Of a DNA stretch of 64,000 nucleotides, positions 1 through 13,094 are shown piece by piece. The notes below the pieces were generated by a model that saw nothing but the letters and a program-made list of their open reading frames with translations, had not been told where the DNA came from and made no database searches. Position 1 is the stretch's first letter, and the number at the start of each line of letters is the position of its first letter. This stretch comes from Octopus sinensis (Eukaryota). The stretch covers positions 744,001-808,000 of the forward strand of contig NC_043023.1 in assembly GCF_006345805.1 (NCBI RefSeq), given 5' to 3'. Made by a program: the position numbers and the translations under genes.

Positions 1-187
1 ACGTGTATATATATGTGTATACATATATTCATGTATATATACATATGTATACATGTTTATATGTATATTTTTATTTATGTATATATATATATGCATATAC
101 ATATATTTATATGTATACATATATTTATATGTATATGTATGTACATATATTTATATATATGTATACATATATTCATATGTATATGTA

Positions 188-225
<38 letters not shown>

Positions 226-250
226 TATACATATATGTATATGTATGTAC

Positions 251-287
<37 letters not shown>

Positions 288-552
288 TATACATATATTT
301 ATATGCATATGTATGTACATATATTATATATATATATGCATATACATATATGTATATGTATGTACATATATATATATATATATATATATGCATATACATA
401 TATGTATATGTATGTACATATATATATATATATATGCATATACATATATTTATATGTATATGTATGTACATATATATATATATATATGCATATACATATA
501 TTTATATGTATGTACATATATATATATTTATATATATGTATATATATATATC
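1..552. repeat. Compound (TA)n/(TACA)n microsatellite
   Basis: Almost exclusively TA/TACA/TATG units; the overlapping YIYI-type ORFs are artefacts. Confidence 0.95.
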
Positions 553-559
553 TGTTATC

Positions 560-842
560 AACCAGACTGTTGGATGTGGCTATACATCACTGATCACAAT
601 GCACTTTGCATCGTTTTTGCCTTTGAATAAGGCCATCTGTCTGGTTCAGTAGGCAGGCCAACATTCTTTCTAATTGGTAAGTTATTCCGTCACAGAGTGA
701 GCCATTTGTAGTTAAGTAGACTGCTGGAGCAATGTGAAATGAAGTGTCTTGCTGAAGAACACAATGTGCCACTCCATCTGGCAATTGAACTCATCATTGC
801 TAGATCACGACAGCAACACATTTAGCCACTTGGCCATCACTG
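560..842 (-). mobile_element. Diverged tRNA-derived SINE (family B-like)
   Basis: Shares gtgtcttgct...aacac and ctggagcaa...tgaaat segments with the family B copy at 23952-24286; head toward 842. Confidence 0.6.
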
Positions 843-1069
843 TACTTAGACGGACAGACAGATACACACATAGATATATATTTGGCTATCAGATAAATTT
901 ATTTGCTTTCTTCCTTTCTTTTTGATCTTTTCCAGTTTTATTTCAATTAATAGAAAAATATTTTTATCAAAGCATTTTATGCTTATTTTTTTCTTTGTAG
1001 TTCTATTCTTCGTCTGTGATTTTTGTTCTTCATTTTTGAAATTTTGGATAAATTTTACCTTTTTTTCAG

Positions 1070-1139
1070 AAATATAACGATGCAGTGCCAAGTTGAAAAA
1101 AAGAAAAATGAATGAATTCATGAGACAAGCTAATAAAAA
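1070..1139 (+). other. Candidate spliced exon (70 nt) of an unidentified plus-strand transcript
   Basis: ttttacctttttttcAG acceptor and AA|GTAAGT donor; all three frames contain a stop, so it is a UTR/start exon (MNEFMRQANK possible) or lncRNA exon. Confidence 0.4.
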
Positions 1140-1237
1140 GTAAGTTAGATTTTTGCTTATTTTTTGAAAAGTAGGAATGGGAAAATGGCAAAAAAAAACC
1201 TTTGTTTGTTTACAATAGCATAAACTGTGAAGCTGTG

Positions 1238-1543
1238 AAGGCGCATAGCTCTGTGGTTACTGTGATGAGGTAGTGAGTTTGATTCTCAGACCGGGCTGTT
1301 TGTGTGTTCTTGAGCAAGACACTTTATTTCAGGGTACTCCAGTTTAATGATCTGTAGAAATGAGCTGTGACATCAATGGTGCCAAGCTGTATTGGTCCCT
1401 TTACCTTTCTCTTGGATAACATTGGTGGTGTGGAGAGAGGAGGCTGGTTTGCATGGGTGACTGCTGCCTGAACTTGTGCGTCGAAGGGGAACATTCTATT
1501 TGCAATCCCATGGTCATACATGACTGAAGCGGGGTCTTTAACC
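1238..1543 (+). mobile_element. tRNA-derived SINE family B, diverged
   Basis: Aligns by eye along its length with 23952-24286. Confidence 0.8.
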
Positions 1544-1981
1544 TGTACCCAAATTGTGTAACCTGTTGGTTTGAAAATTTCCACAAATCTAATAACTCAA
1601 CATTTAGAAGAGAGAAAAATAGAAAGAAATGGAACTATGGCTGTTGAGTATTGTTATTTTATTGGGTAAATTTGCGTGTTTGGAGGGAATTTGTATGTAT
1701 TTAAAGAAACTGATGTGGGAATAAAATCATGTTGGGGGTTATTTCTAATATGTCAAGTCTGTGTGTAAAGAAATGAAGAAAGGGCAGGAGAGAAAGAGAA
1801 AGGGTGAAAGACAGACAAGGCCAGGCATTGCAGACATTCTACATGGGTAATGGTCAGTGATGGTCACGAGTGGACAGCTATCACTATGTCTATAATTTTT
1901 TATTCTTTGAGTTTTATTTAAGTTCTTCATAACAGAGGTCAAGCTGGTTGCTAAAAAAGTGACAAAGCTATTTTGAATTAA

Positions 1982-2183
1982 TCCTTTCGTTACTGTATTT
2001 ATTTTGAGATGCTCTGTGTTTCTTTCAATTACTTTAAATATAACAAAGAATTTAGTAAAATAACTTACTTATCATTAAGCTAGTGTCAGGAACATAAATT
2101 GTGACTAAGGTTTGGTGGAAGATTTTAGTTCAAAACTTTTGAAAACAAGCCATTTGTACTCAGCCGGGTTGGTAGCGAAAGGG
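1982..2183. mobile_element. piggyBac-type MITE
   Basis: TTAA at 1978-1981 and 2184-2187 flanking TIRs tcctttcgttac / gtagcgaaaggg. Confidence 0.75.
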
Positions 2184-2403
2184 TTAAGATAGTTCCTGGT
2201 GTTTGTAAATCTGTGGTTGAGTTGGCGTGTTGGTTGAACTGTGAATGCACACAGCCAAATGTCTGCATCTATTCACCTAAAGTACCTCACATTTTTATAT
2301 TTATATGTAACTGGTGTTGGTTTGTTTATGTCCCTGTAACTTTGTTTGGCAAAATTGACCAACAGAAACAAGGCAACCTTATCTATATATATATATATAT
2401 ATA

Positions 2404-2569
2404 TAAAATATTATTGGTGAATTGAAGAAATGGAGCTGAACGCAGATTGAACAGAAATCGTTTTATTTCATTCTACACGTGTTTCGAAAGGCACGTGTAG
2501 AATGAAATAAAACGATTTCTGTTCAATCTGCGTTCAGCTCCATTTCTTCAATTCACCAATAATATTTTA
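2404..2569. repeat. Perfect inverted repeat, 78-bp arms with 10-nt spacer; contains the 3' half of an HHR
   Basis: 2404-2481 is the exact reverse complement of 2492-2569; minus strand at the junction reads cGAAA-cacgtg-TA-gaatg. Confidence 0.9.
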
Positions 2570-2751
2570 ATTTCAATTATCCGCACCAACGCACGGTTGC
2601 AACACCATATGGTTGTACCTCCAACCGTGCTGTTTACTGCTGTGATTTTTGCTACTAAGGTATCGGTTAAACTTTTGATTAATCTACTACAAGATTATTC
2701 ATCTTTCTATTTCACATTATATATATATATATATATGTAGAAACACAATGG

Positions 2752-3160
2752 TCAGTGGCTGTGTGGTAAGTAGCTTGCTTACCAACCACATGGTTTCAGG
2801 TTCAGTCCCACTGCCTGGCACCTTGGGCAAGTGTCTTCTACTATAGCCTCTGTTCGGCCAAATCCTTGTGAGTGAATTTGTTAGACAGAAACTGAAAGAA
2901 TGCCGTCGTATATATGTGTATATATATATATGTATGTATGTGTGTGTATATGCTTGTGTGTCTGTGTTTGTCACCCCAACATCACTTGACAACCGATGCT
3001 GGTGTGTTTACATCCCTGTAACTTAGTGGTTTGGCAAAAGGGACTGATAGAATAAGTACCAGGCTTACAAAGAATAAGTCCTGAGGTTGATTTACTTGAC
3101 AAAAGGCGGTGCTCCAGCATGGCCACAGTCAAATGACTGAAACAAGTAAAAGAATAAAAG
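2752..3160 (+). mobile_element. tRNA-derived SINE family A
   Basis: A box TGGCTGTGTGG, B box GGTTCAGTCCC, ccttgggcaagtg segment, internal (TA)n(TG)n, gaaacaagtaaaag tail. Confidence 0.9.
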
Positions 3161-3563
3161 AGTATATATATATATCTGTGTGTGTGTGTGTGTGTGTCTT
3201 TTTCTGTCTGTGTTTGTTCCCCCATCACCACTTGACAACCAGTGTCGGTGTATTTACATCCCCGTAATTTAGTGGTTTAGTAAAAGAGACAGACAGAATA
3301 AGTGAGTGCCTGGTTTAAAAAAATTTCTGCCCAGGGGCTGATTCATTCAGCAAAAAGCTCCTCAAGACTGAGCTCCAGCATGGCCACAGTCTAATGACTG
3401 AAACAAGTAAAAAAGAAAGTAAAAATATAATGATTAGTTAACACTCATTTAATCAACACAACACACACATGCACACACACACACATGCATGCACACACAC
3501 ACACATGCATGCACACACACATGCATGGACACACACACACACACACATACATGCATGCATTGA

Positions 3564-3680
3564 TTAGGCCTTCAAACCCTTATAGAGTTTTAACGATGCC
3601 ATGGCAATATCTGGCATTTCTTGGGGCCTTTTAGGTCGAGGTGCACACCGTCCCCATCCAGATCTGAAGCTGGTGTGTCT
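3564..3680 (-). other. Candidate terminal coding exon (RHTSFRSGWGRCAPRPKRPQEMPDIAMASLKLYKGLKA*)
   Basis: Unique GC-richer island after a long minus-strand polypyrimidine tract ending ctctaAG; open frame to TAA; protein not recognised. Confidence 0.3.
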
Positions 3681-4344
3681 CTTAGAGACAGAGAAAATGG
3701 AGAAGAAAGGGAGAGAGAGGAGGAGGAGGAAAAGGAGGCGGATGAGAAGAAGAAGAAGAAGAGGAAGAAAAGGGATTTTCAGTAATGGGTTGTTAATTTA
3801 TTTATCAGCCCTGAAAGGATCAAAGGCAAAGTTGACCCCAGTTGGATTCGGACCCGGAGTGCAGGGAACCGGAACACATTGTGCAAAGGCTGCTATCCTG
3901 CACCACCGACTTGGCTACATGCATGCACACAGACACAATCGTTCACGCATGCGTAAACACGTGCACATATGCATGCAACTGCAGAAATATATGCATATAT
4001 GGGCATTCACACTCTCATACCTCACATGCACAGACATGCACACATGCAAAACACTCTCACACATATACTCACACATATACATATGTATATGCTTTGAGAT
4101 ATATATATATATATATATATATATGTTTGTATAAATATGTTTCTCTGTTTGTGTATACATGCACATTATATAATATATATAGACATATATATATACATAT
4201 ATATATACACACACCTATGTATATGTGCAATATATATATATAATATATATGTTTGTATAAATATGTTTCTCTGTTTGTGTATACATGCACATTATATAAT
4301 ATATATATACATATATATATACACACACCTATGTATATGTGCAA

Positions 4345-4375
<31 letters not shown>

Positions 4376-5592
4376 TTATGTATGAATGTATAAAAATAAA
4401 TGCAGTATGCATGTAATTCAAAGGCACCCGATTTGTAACACGCATCTTCTCGCTAATTCCACCTGAGGGTTACATTAAGGGTACAAGAATTCTGCTGAAC
4501 ATTATTCAGCTATTCAAACCACTTACTCTGTAATCCAATAACCAGATAACGGATTATTGGGTTCCATCGAACAACTGGATCACTGACAGCCAGAATAGGC
4601 GCAAGAAACATTCGCTTTGAATCATTCTTTCATGATAAACCCAAAACAGAATATATCCCTGTTCCGTTTCTACTTTCACTTTTACTTTCACTTTAGAACA
4701 AGCATCTATTGTTGCAAATGAAGGTGGCTATAAATGGAATAGGGACAAGATAGATTCGCTTGCATGGTTGTTTTCTTTGTGTGTCTCTCTGCATATCTCT
4801 GCACAATTATGTTTGAATGATGAATGTTGATATAATTATATAGCTGTTTCCTTGTGGATGTATAAACTTAAGGGGTTTAAGTGAGGATGTGTGTGGTGGT
4901 GGTGGTGGTGGTTGCGTGGGTAGGGGGTGATATTTCTTTTTGTGGTACAGGCATATTTATCTGTGTGTGATTGAGTGTCTACATTATAAGTATGTATGTA
5001 TGAATGCATATATGTGTGTGGATATAATTTTGTGTGTATATTTGCATATAAGTATGCATGCATGTTTTTATGTATATTTATATTTCTATGTATGTAGATT
5101 TGGGGATATATTTGTGTGTATACATATATATGTATGTATATATTTATATACATAATATACATATATATTATATATCTATATATATATATATATATATGTC
5201 TTTTCTGTTATATGCATATGTATATATATATATGCACATATACGTATGTATATATATATATATGTATGTATGTATATGTATGCACATATATATATGTATA
5301 TATATATGTGCACATATATGTATATATATATGCACATATATGTATGTATATATATGTATATATATGCACATATATGTATGCATATATATGTATATATATG
5401 CACATATATGTATGTATATACACACATACACTATATATATATATTTGCACACACACACACACACACACACTCACACTTATATATACATATATGCATACAT
5501 TCACACACATTTAAATATATAGGATATATGTATATATATGCAGGTACACATGTGTACACGCATACATACACAGATATATATTCATATAATAC

Positions 5593-5624
<32 letters not shown>

Positions 5625-7132
5625 GCACGCATACATTCCTATATAATTGTGCATATAAAGAAGCACATACATGTAGCTGTATGCATAAAAGCACTCAATT
5701 GTGCAAACATAATGCAACTAACACATATGCATTATAGACATTATCAGAATGCAATAGAAAATAGAAATATATTAGACCTACACACAAATGCAGAAAATAG
5801 ACACAGCACACATGCACATATATATATGTATGTGTATATATAAATATATATCCATATATGTATATTAACTGCTAGAAATACCACTGGCAGTAATATATCT
5901 ATTTATATCTGGTAGTACAAACCCAAAAACATTTTCCCAACATAATAAAAAAAAACCTTTCTTTTATTCTCAACAGCCAGTTACTATAACATTTTCAAAT
6001 CCATCAATACTTCTCTCCCACCTTCCATACATACATACAACAGTCCATACTTAAATATATGCCTTATATCCTTCCATACATCCTATTTTTAATGTAACTT
6101 CACTACCATCAGTTATATGAGTTTTGTGTTGTTGTTTTTGCTTATTTTTTTCCTGTTTTTTTTGTCTATATTTTTGGTCTGGTATTTTTGGTATTTTTGG
6201 TCTGGTATTTTAATTCTATCTGCACTGTCAGTCAGTTCTGGCTTTCATCATGTGTCTTTAATCTTTTCTCTCACGCTCGTTTCAGTCATCATCTGACTGT
6301 GGCCATGCTGGGGCACCAGCTTAAAGAATACCAGTCAAATGAATCCTCCTTGGCATTTACTAATGCTTCTTTTAATTCTGGTACCTATTCTATCAATCTC
6401 TTTTTCTCAAACTGCTAAGTTATGGGGACATAAAAACACTTGTTGTCAAAGTACTCATAGGAAATACACACACACACATACACACACATACATATGGCAG
6501 GCTTCCTTCAGTTTCCTTCTACCAATTCCTCTTACAAGAATTTGGTTAACCTGAGGCTACAGCAGATATCTTTTATCCATTTTTTTTTTTACTTCTTTCA
6601 GTTATTTAGACTGTGGCCATGCTGGGGCATCACCTTGAAGAAATTTCAATAGAATGAATCGACTTCAATACATTTTCTTAAGCCTGGTACTTATTCTAGC
6701 AATCTTTTTTGCTGAACTGCTAAGTTATGGGGACATAACCACACCAACACCAGTTGTCAAGCAATGGTGAAGGGACACACAGGCACAAAGATAGCATAGG
6801 CTTGGCTGTGAGGTAAGAAGCATGCTTACCAACCACATGGTTCCAGGTTCAGTCCCACTGCATGGCACCTTGGGCAAGTGTTGTTTACTATAGCCTCAGG
6901 TGGTGGGTTTATATTCCCATAACCTGGCAGTTTGGCAAACGAGACTAATAGAATAAGTACCAGTCCTAAAAATGAAAGTCTGGGGTTGATTCATTTGACA
7001 AAAAAGTGTTCAAGGCCATGCCCCAGGATGGCCACAGTATAAAGAAGTAAAAAGAAGGAAAAAATTATATACATACATAAACACATACATGTATATATAT
7101 ATATATATAACATAGATAGATAGATAGATTGA

Positions 7133-7403
7133 TGCCAGCGCCGCCTTGACTGGCATCTGTGCCTGTGGCACATAAAGAGCACCAACTGATTGTGGACGTT
7201 GCCAGTCTCCTCTAGCTCCTGTGCCTATGGCACATAAAAAGCACTCACTACACTCATGGAGTGGTTGGCGTTAGGAAGGGCACCCAGCTGTAGAAACAAT
7301 GCCAGATCAGACTGGAGCCTGGTGCAGCCTCCTGGCTTCCCAGACCCCGGTCGAAGTGTCCAACCCATGCTAGTATGGAAAACGGACTTTAAGGATGATG
7401 ATG

Positions 7404-7405
<2 letters not shown>
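7133..7405 (+). mobile_element. 3'-end fragment of the RTE LINE
   Basis: gttaggaagggca...tagaaac...ccaacccatgctag...(gat)n matches the 3' UTR at 10231-10826. Confidence 0.85.
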
Positions 7406-7478
<73 letters not shown>

Positions 7479-8544
7479 GTGGTGTGTGTGTGTGTTTGTG
7501 TGTCTGTGTTTGTCTCCTTCAACATCACTTGACAACCAATGTTGGTGTGTTTAAGTCCCCGTAACTTAGCGGTTGGGCAAAAGAACCGATAGAATAAGTA
7601 CTAAGCTTACAAAGAATAAGTCCTGGGATTGATTTACTCAACTAAAAGCAGTGCTCTAGTATGGCCACAGTTAAAAAACTGAAGCAAATAAAAGAGTATA
7701 TATATATATATCCAACCCATGCTAGCATGGAAAACGGACATTAAATGATGGTGATATATATAAATATGTATGTAGACTTCTTTCAGTTTCCATCTTCCAA
7801 ATCCACTCACAAGGTTTTGATTTTGTCCCAAGGCTATAGGAGAAGTCACTTCCTCAAATTATCACACAATGTGTTTGGGAATCAAACTGCTTTACCACAC
7901 ACATATGCATATGTTTATCTGTCAGAATGATGATACTCATCTAGTCATCAGGTATGGAGGATGACCAATGTGCTGACTTTGCTTAAAGAGGAGAGGAGTT
8001 GCACACAACCTCTTTTTTTTGTCATGAAAGATCAGAGAGAGAGAGAGGAGAATCCAGGCAAAACTTTACAGCTGTTTCGGAGGTGCAGTAAGCAGTAGAT
8101 ACAATAGTATGCATAGTGTGTGCATATAAATGCAGCAAATTGGTGTTAGCAAATGTATAAGCAATAACAGAACTTTAGACTTTCGCATCAGCTCTACCAT
8201 CTTAGGAGTTTGTGATATACTAAAATAAATACATATATACATATATATTTGTATACGTACGCATATATGTATGTGAATACACACATACACATATATATAT
8301 ATGCATATAAATAGGCATAAAGATGAATACATGTATTATGGAGGGTGTGTGCTAAGCAGTGATTTCCTTATGGTGAGCTGCCACATTGAAATAGCATAAG
8401 AGAAACAATCTTTTTTATCAGATTGTAGCATCATCTGCTTAGTGAATGCAACTGAAGATGAGATAATCACTCTGAAATGCTTGCATCTCACCACCTAGAT
8501 AGGTGATGCTGCAAGCTGATTTAGGTGTACTTACTCAATATTCT

Positions 8545-8930
8545 TTTATTCTTTTATTTGCTTCAGTCATTGAACTGTGACCATGCTGGAGCATCACCTT
8601 TTAGTCAAACAAATCAATCTTTGTAAGCCTAGTTCGTATTCTATCGGTTTCTTTTGCTGAACTGCTAAGTTATGGGAATGTAAACATACCAGCATCAGTT
8701 GTCAAGCGATGTTGGGGAGACAAACACAGTCATACACACACACTCATACATATATAATATATATATGTATGCAGACATCGGGTTTCTTTCGGTTTCCATC
8801 TACCAAATCCACTCACAAGGCTTTGGTTGGTCTGAGGCTATAGTAGAAGACACTCACCCAAGGTGCCACAAAGTGGGACTGAAGTCAGAACCATGTGGTT
8901 GGTAAGCAAGCTACTTACCACACAGCCACT
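8545..8930 (-). mobile_element. SINE family A
   Basis: Reverse-complement match to the family A head, body and tail. Confidence 0.85.
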
Positions 8931-9632
8931 AAAAAAGATACATATATACAAATAGATACACATATACAAAATAGATACATATCTATATTTGTCCGCATAC
9001 ACATATATGTGTGTGTGTGTGTATATATACATATATATAAGCATAAATATATGCATACGCACATAATTACATATATCTATGTGTGTGTGTCTAAAAAAAG
9101 TATACATGTGTATATAAATGATGCTTTTTGAAGTTTTTAATTAATGTGTCTGTATGTATTCACATACAGATATATATTTAGAACTTATGTCAATATAGCC
9201 TATTAATTAAAAACTGTAAATGTATATGTTTATAATTATATATAAATTTATAATTATATATAAAAATATATAATCATAACGAAGGGTACTTGGAAAAAGT
9301 ACCAACATGCTAGAAATAGAAGTCAAAAAGACTCTAAACCACCTTTTTCACTATTTTATACAGGTGAATGTTAGGAAATGAGCAAAATAAATTTAGCGTG
9401 CCTTAATTTTTACCTCTATGGTTTTTAATTGCATGCTGGCCACTGATATTATTATTATTATTATTATTACTACTACTACTACACTATTATTATTATTATT
9501 ATTATTATTTTGTTATTATTATTCTATAATAATTTTATCCTTTTATATTTTCTTATATATTTATATATATATTACGTTTAAATATTTGTTGTGCAAGATT
9601 TTTTATGTGAAGTCGTGTGTTGAAACAGATAG

Positions 9633-9918
9633 TGTTATATTTCGGAATGGTCATATTGCCAGTTTAGCATGCGCAAATGAAGACATACAATAGAAATACA
9701 AAATGGCTGACGGTTAGTAAGGAGAGACACAAACAAATAAGAAAGAAGAAAACAAAGGTCCACTGATGCGGTCACAGGAGTGTGACGAAAGAACTCTGGC
9801 CGAAATAAGATTAAGATTAATGTAAAACTAAATATCACTGTAGCAAAATAACACCAAATATATAGTGCGTGTGTTTTTATTGGCTAAGCTGGCAATATGA
9901 CCATTCCGAAATATAACA
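9633..9918. repeat. Inverted repeat (36-bp arms, 1 mismatch) enclosing a degenerate HHR-like motif
   Basis: 9633-9668 vs 9883-9918; cca-CTGATGCG-gtcac/gtgac-GAAA-gaac-TC-tgg at 9760-9799. Confidence 0.75.
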
Positions 9919-9937
9919 ATAATTATATATATATATT

Positions 9938-10109
9938 AATTATAATAAAGGGTTAATTGCAACAAGTTGCTCAAAACCACATACCGAAAATATTAGAAAT
10001 AGCAGCCAAATAGATTAGTAGGAGAAATAGTGATCTATTGGCTGCTATTTCTAATATTTTCGGTATGTGGTTTTGAGCAACTTGTTGCAATTAACCCTCT
10101 ATTATAATT
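9938..10109. repeat. Near-perfect foldback, ~75-bp arms with ~17-nt spacer
   Basis: gggttaattgcaacaagttgctcaaaaccacataccgaaaatattagaaatagcagccaa and its reverse complement. Confidence 0.9.
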
Positions 10110-10230
10110 GATATAATTCTTACAAAATATGGTCTTTTCCATACCAAAAAATCTACTTGGTGAAATTTATTAATTTTATTAAATTAATTATATTTCACCC
10201 TTTTTGTATATTTATATATATATACATATA

Positions 10231-13032
10231 TCATCATCATCATCATCATCATTTAGCGTCCGTTTTCCATGCTAGCATGGGTTGGACGGTTCTACTGGGG
10301 TCTGTGAAGCCAGAAGGCTTCATCAGGCCCAGTCAAATCTGGCAGTGTTTCTACGGCTGGATGCCCTTCCTAACGCCAACCACTCCGTGAGTGTAGTGGG
10401 TGCTTTTTACGTGCCACCCGCACTGGTGCCAGACAGAGCTGGCAAACGGCCACGAACGGATGGTGCTTTTTATGTGCCACCGGCACGAGGGCCAGGCGAG
10501 GCTGGCAACGGACACGAAACGGGGCGGTGCTGGCAACGGTCGCGAAACGGAAAGTTCTCTTACATGCCACCGGCACTGGTAACACATCTGCAATTTCCAT
10601 TGATCGATTTCGATTCTGATCCTCACTTGCCTCAATGGGTCTTCACAAGCAGAGTTTCGACATGCCACCGGCACTGGTAGCACATCCGCATTTCCATTGA
10701 TCGATTTCGATTCTGATCCTCACTTGCCTCAACACGTCTTCACAAGTAGAGTTTTGTGTCCCAAGAAGGGAAGGTATGCATACGTAGGCTGGCTCCATCC
10801 CATGTAGAAGGCCACGGGTGTTGGACTCACTTGTCCTGCCGGGTCTTCTCGCGCACAGCACACTTCCAGAGGTCTCGGTCTCTAGTCATTTCCTCAGTGA
10901 GACCTAAAGTTCGAAGGTCGTGCTTCACCACCTCGTCCCAGGTTTTCCTGGGTCTGCCTCTTCCACAGGTTCCCTCAACCGCTAGGGTGTGGCACTTTTT
11001 CACACAACTATCTTCATCCATTCTCGCCACATGACCATACCAGCGCAAACGTCTCTCTTGCACACCACAACTGATGCTTCTTAGGTCCAGCTTTTCTCTC
11101 AAGGTACTTACACTCTGCCGAGTGTGAGTACCGGCATTACACATCCATCGGAGCATACTGGCTTCATTTCTAGCGAGCTTACGCATATCCTCAGCAGTCA
11201 CGGCCCATGTTTCACTGCCATGTAGCATGGCTGTTCGTACACACGCATCATACAGTCTGCCTTTCACTCTGTGCGAGAGGCCTTTTGTCACCAGCAGAGG
11301 TAAGAGCTCTCTGAACTTTGCCCAAGCTATTCTTACTCTAGCAGTTACACTTTCCACACCCAGCCCCCGCTGCTGACTTGGTCACCTAGGTAACGGAAAC
11401 TATCAACTATTTCTAGTTTTTCTCCCTGGAAAGTGACGGAAGTTGGTCTCAGAGCATTTTCAGTGTTTATTGTTCCTGAGCATCTGCCACATACAAAAAC
11501 CATCTTCCTAGTTAGCCTTCCTTTGACATTGCTGCATCTCTTATGTGTCCATAGCTTACACTTGGTGCATCTTATAGAGTTTCTACCTACACCTTTTCTA
11601 CAGATCGAGCAGGGCCATCTACCTGAAGGTGTTTGTGATTTGTCTACCTTCCTACTGATTACGACTTTGGTTTTAGCTAGATTGACTCTGAGGCCCTTCG
11701 ATTCTAATCCTTGTTTCCACACCTGAAACTTCTCCTCCAGTTCTGATAGCGACTCAGCAATTAGAGCAAGGTCATCAGCATAGAGGAGCTCCCAAGGGCA
11801 TCCTGTCTTGAATTCCTCCGTTATTGCCTGGAGGACTATGATAAATAGGAGGGGGCTGAGTACTGAGCCTTGGTGGACCCCTACCTCTACCCGGAATTCT
11901 TCACTGTACTCATTTCCAACCCTCACCCTACTAGCGGCGTCCCTATACATGGCCCGCACAGCTCTCACTAACCATTCATCTATCCCTAGTTTTCTCATTG
12001 CCCACCAGATAAGGGATCGGGGGACCCTGTCGAAGGCTTTCTCCATGTCAACAAAAGCCAGGTACAGGGGCTTATCTTTGGCTAGGTATTTCTCCTGCAG
12101 CTGCCTTACCAGGAATATAGCATCAGTAGTACTTTTCCCTGGCACAAACCCAAACTGCATCTCATCTAAACTAACTCTCTCTCTAATTAGTTGGGCTATG
12201 ACCCTCTCCGTAACCTTCATCACCTGGTCCAACAGCTTGATACCTCTGTAGTTATTTGTATCTAGGGCATCACCTTTACCTTTGTAGCAGTTGACTATTA
12301 TACTGCTACACCAGTCATTGGGTATGACCCCTTGTGTATCACCTGATTAACTATATGGGTGACTAGGCTATAGCCGACACTACCAGACATTTTGAGCATC
12401 TCTGCAGTGATTCCTGATGGGCCGGGGCTTTCCCTGTCTTCATGCTTCTAATTGCCTTAGCTACCACAGAACTATCAACTCGGATAGCTGGTCCCTCTGT
12501 TGGGTCAACATTCGGCAGACTCTCTTTATCCCATTCATTTTCTTCATTCAGCAACCTTTCATAGTGGCATCTCCAACCTCTCTCTTTGCATCCTCATTTA
12601 GCGCAAGTGAACCATCTTCCATGCGAACCACTTCTCTCCTACCACATCACGATCTCTCTCACCACTGTCTTGCAACACGAAACACCTCCAGTCTTTGGTC
12701 CTCACGGCGCAGACATTGGCAAATTTTTTCTTATCTGCTTCCCCTCTGGCTAAATAAACCTGTCTCCTAGCTTCTCTTTTGGCAGTCTGATACAATTCCC
12801 TGCTACCCCCATTTTTCCAGACCTTCCAAGCCTATCTCTTTTCTCTAATAGCCCTGTCTACAATATTGTTCCACCACCACGTTATTCTAGGTCGAGAGGG
12901 GACTTTGCACCAGCCACAGATCTGGTCAGTGGCTCTCAGCAGGTTGTCCCTTAGAAACGTCCAGCTGTCTTCTACCCCCTGTGATGCTCTATCCCCTTCT
13001 ACTTCGTCAGAGGCTTCAAGTAATATGTCCCA
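10231..13032 (-). mobile_element. RTE-clade non-LTR retrotransposon, 5'-truncated
   Basis: RT motifs (QFGF, AFVDMEKAFD, QGSVLSPLLF, YADD, FRYLG), RTE-like C-terminus, ~600-nt 3' UTR ending in (ATG)n; no endonuclease domain present; possible 19-bp TSD tatatatatatacatatat at 10213-10231 and 13035-13053. Confidence 0.93.
10827..13030 (-). pseudogene. Frameshifted reverse-transcriptase ORF of the RTE element
   Basis: Track ORFs 12832-13089, 12598-12795, 12363-12554, 11345-12232 and 10827-11357 are consecutive pieces of one RT polyprotein; YADD at ~11771-11782. Confidence 0.92.
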
Positions 13033-13094
13033 CATATATATATATACATATATATATGTATATATATATATATACATATATATATACATATATA

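Noticed and set aside
3593-3680. VHLDLKG in an alternative minus frame, resembling the hexosaminidase D motif
   Set aside because: Only 7 residues match, followed by a stop with no suitable donor
4718-4753. MKVAINGIG, resembling the GAPDH N-terminus
   Set aside because: A stop follows two codons later; there is no further similarity
8445-8490. atgcaa-CTGAAGA-...-GAAA-tgc-ttgcat HHR-like motif
   Set aside because: No U16.1 or stem III can be formed; too degenerate to call
10300-10330. CTGATGA plus hairpin on the minus strand in the RTE 3' UTR
   Set aside because: No GAAA follows, and other copies read CTGGTGCA
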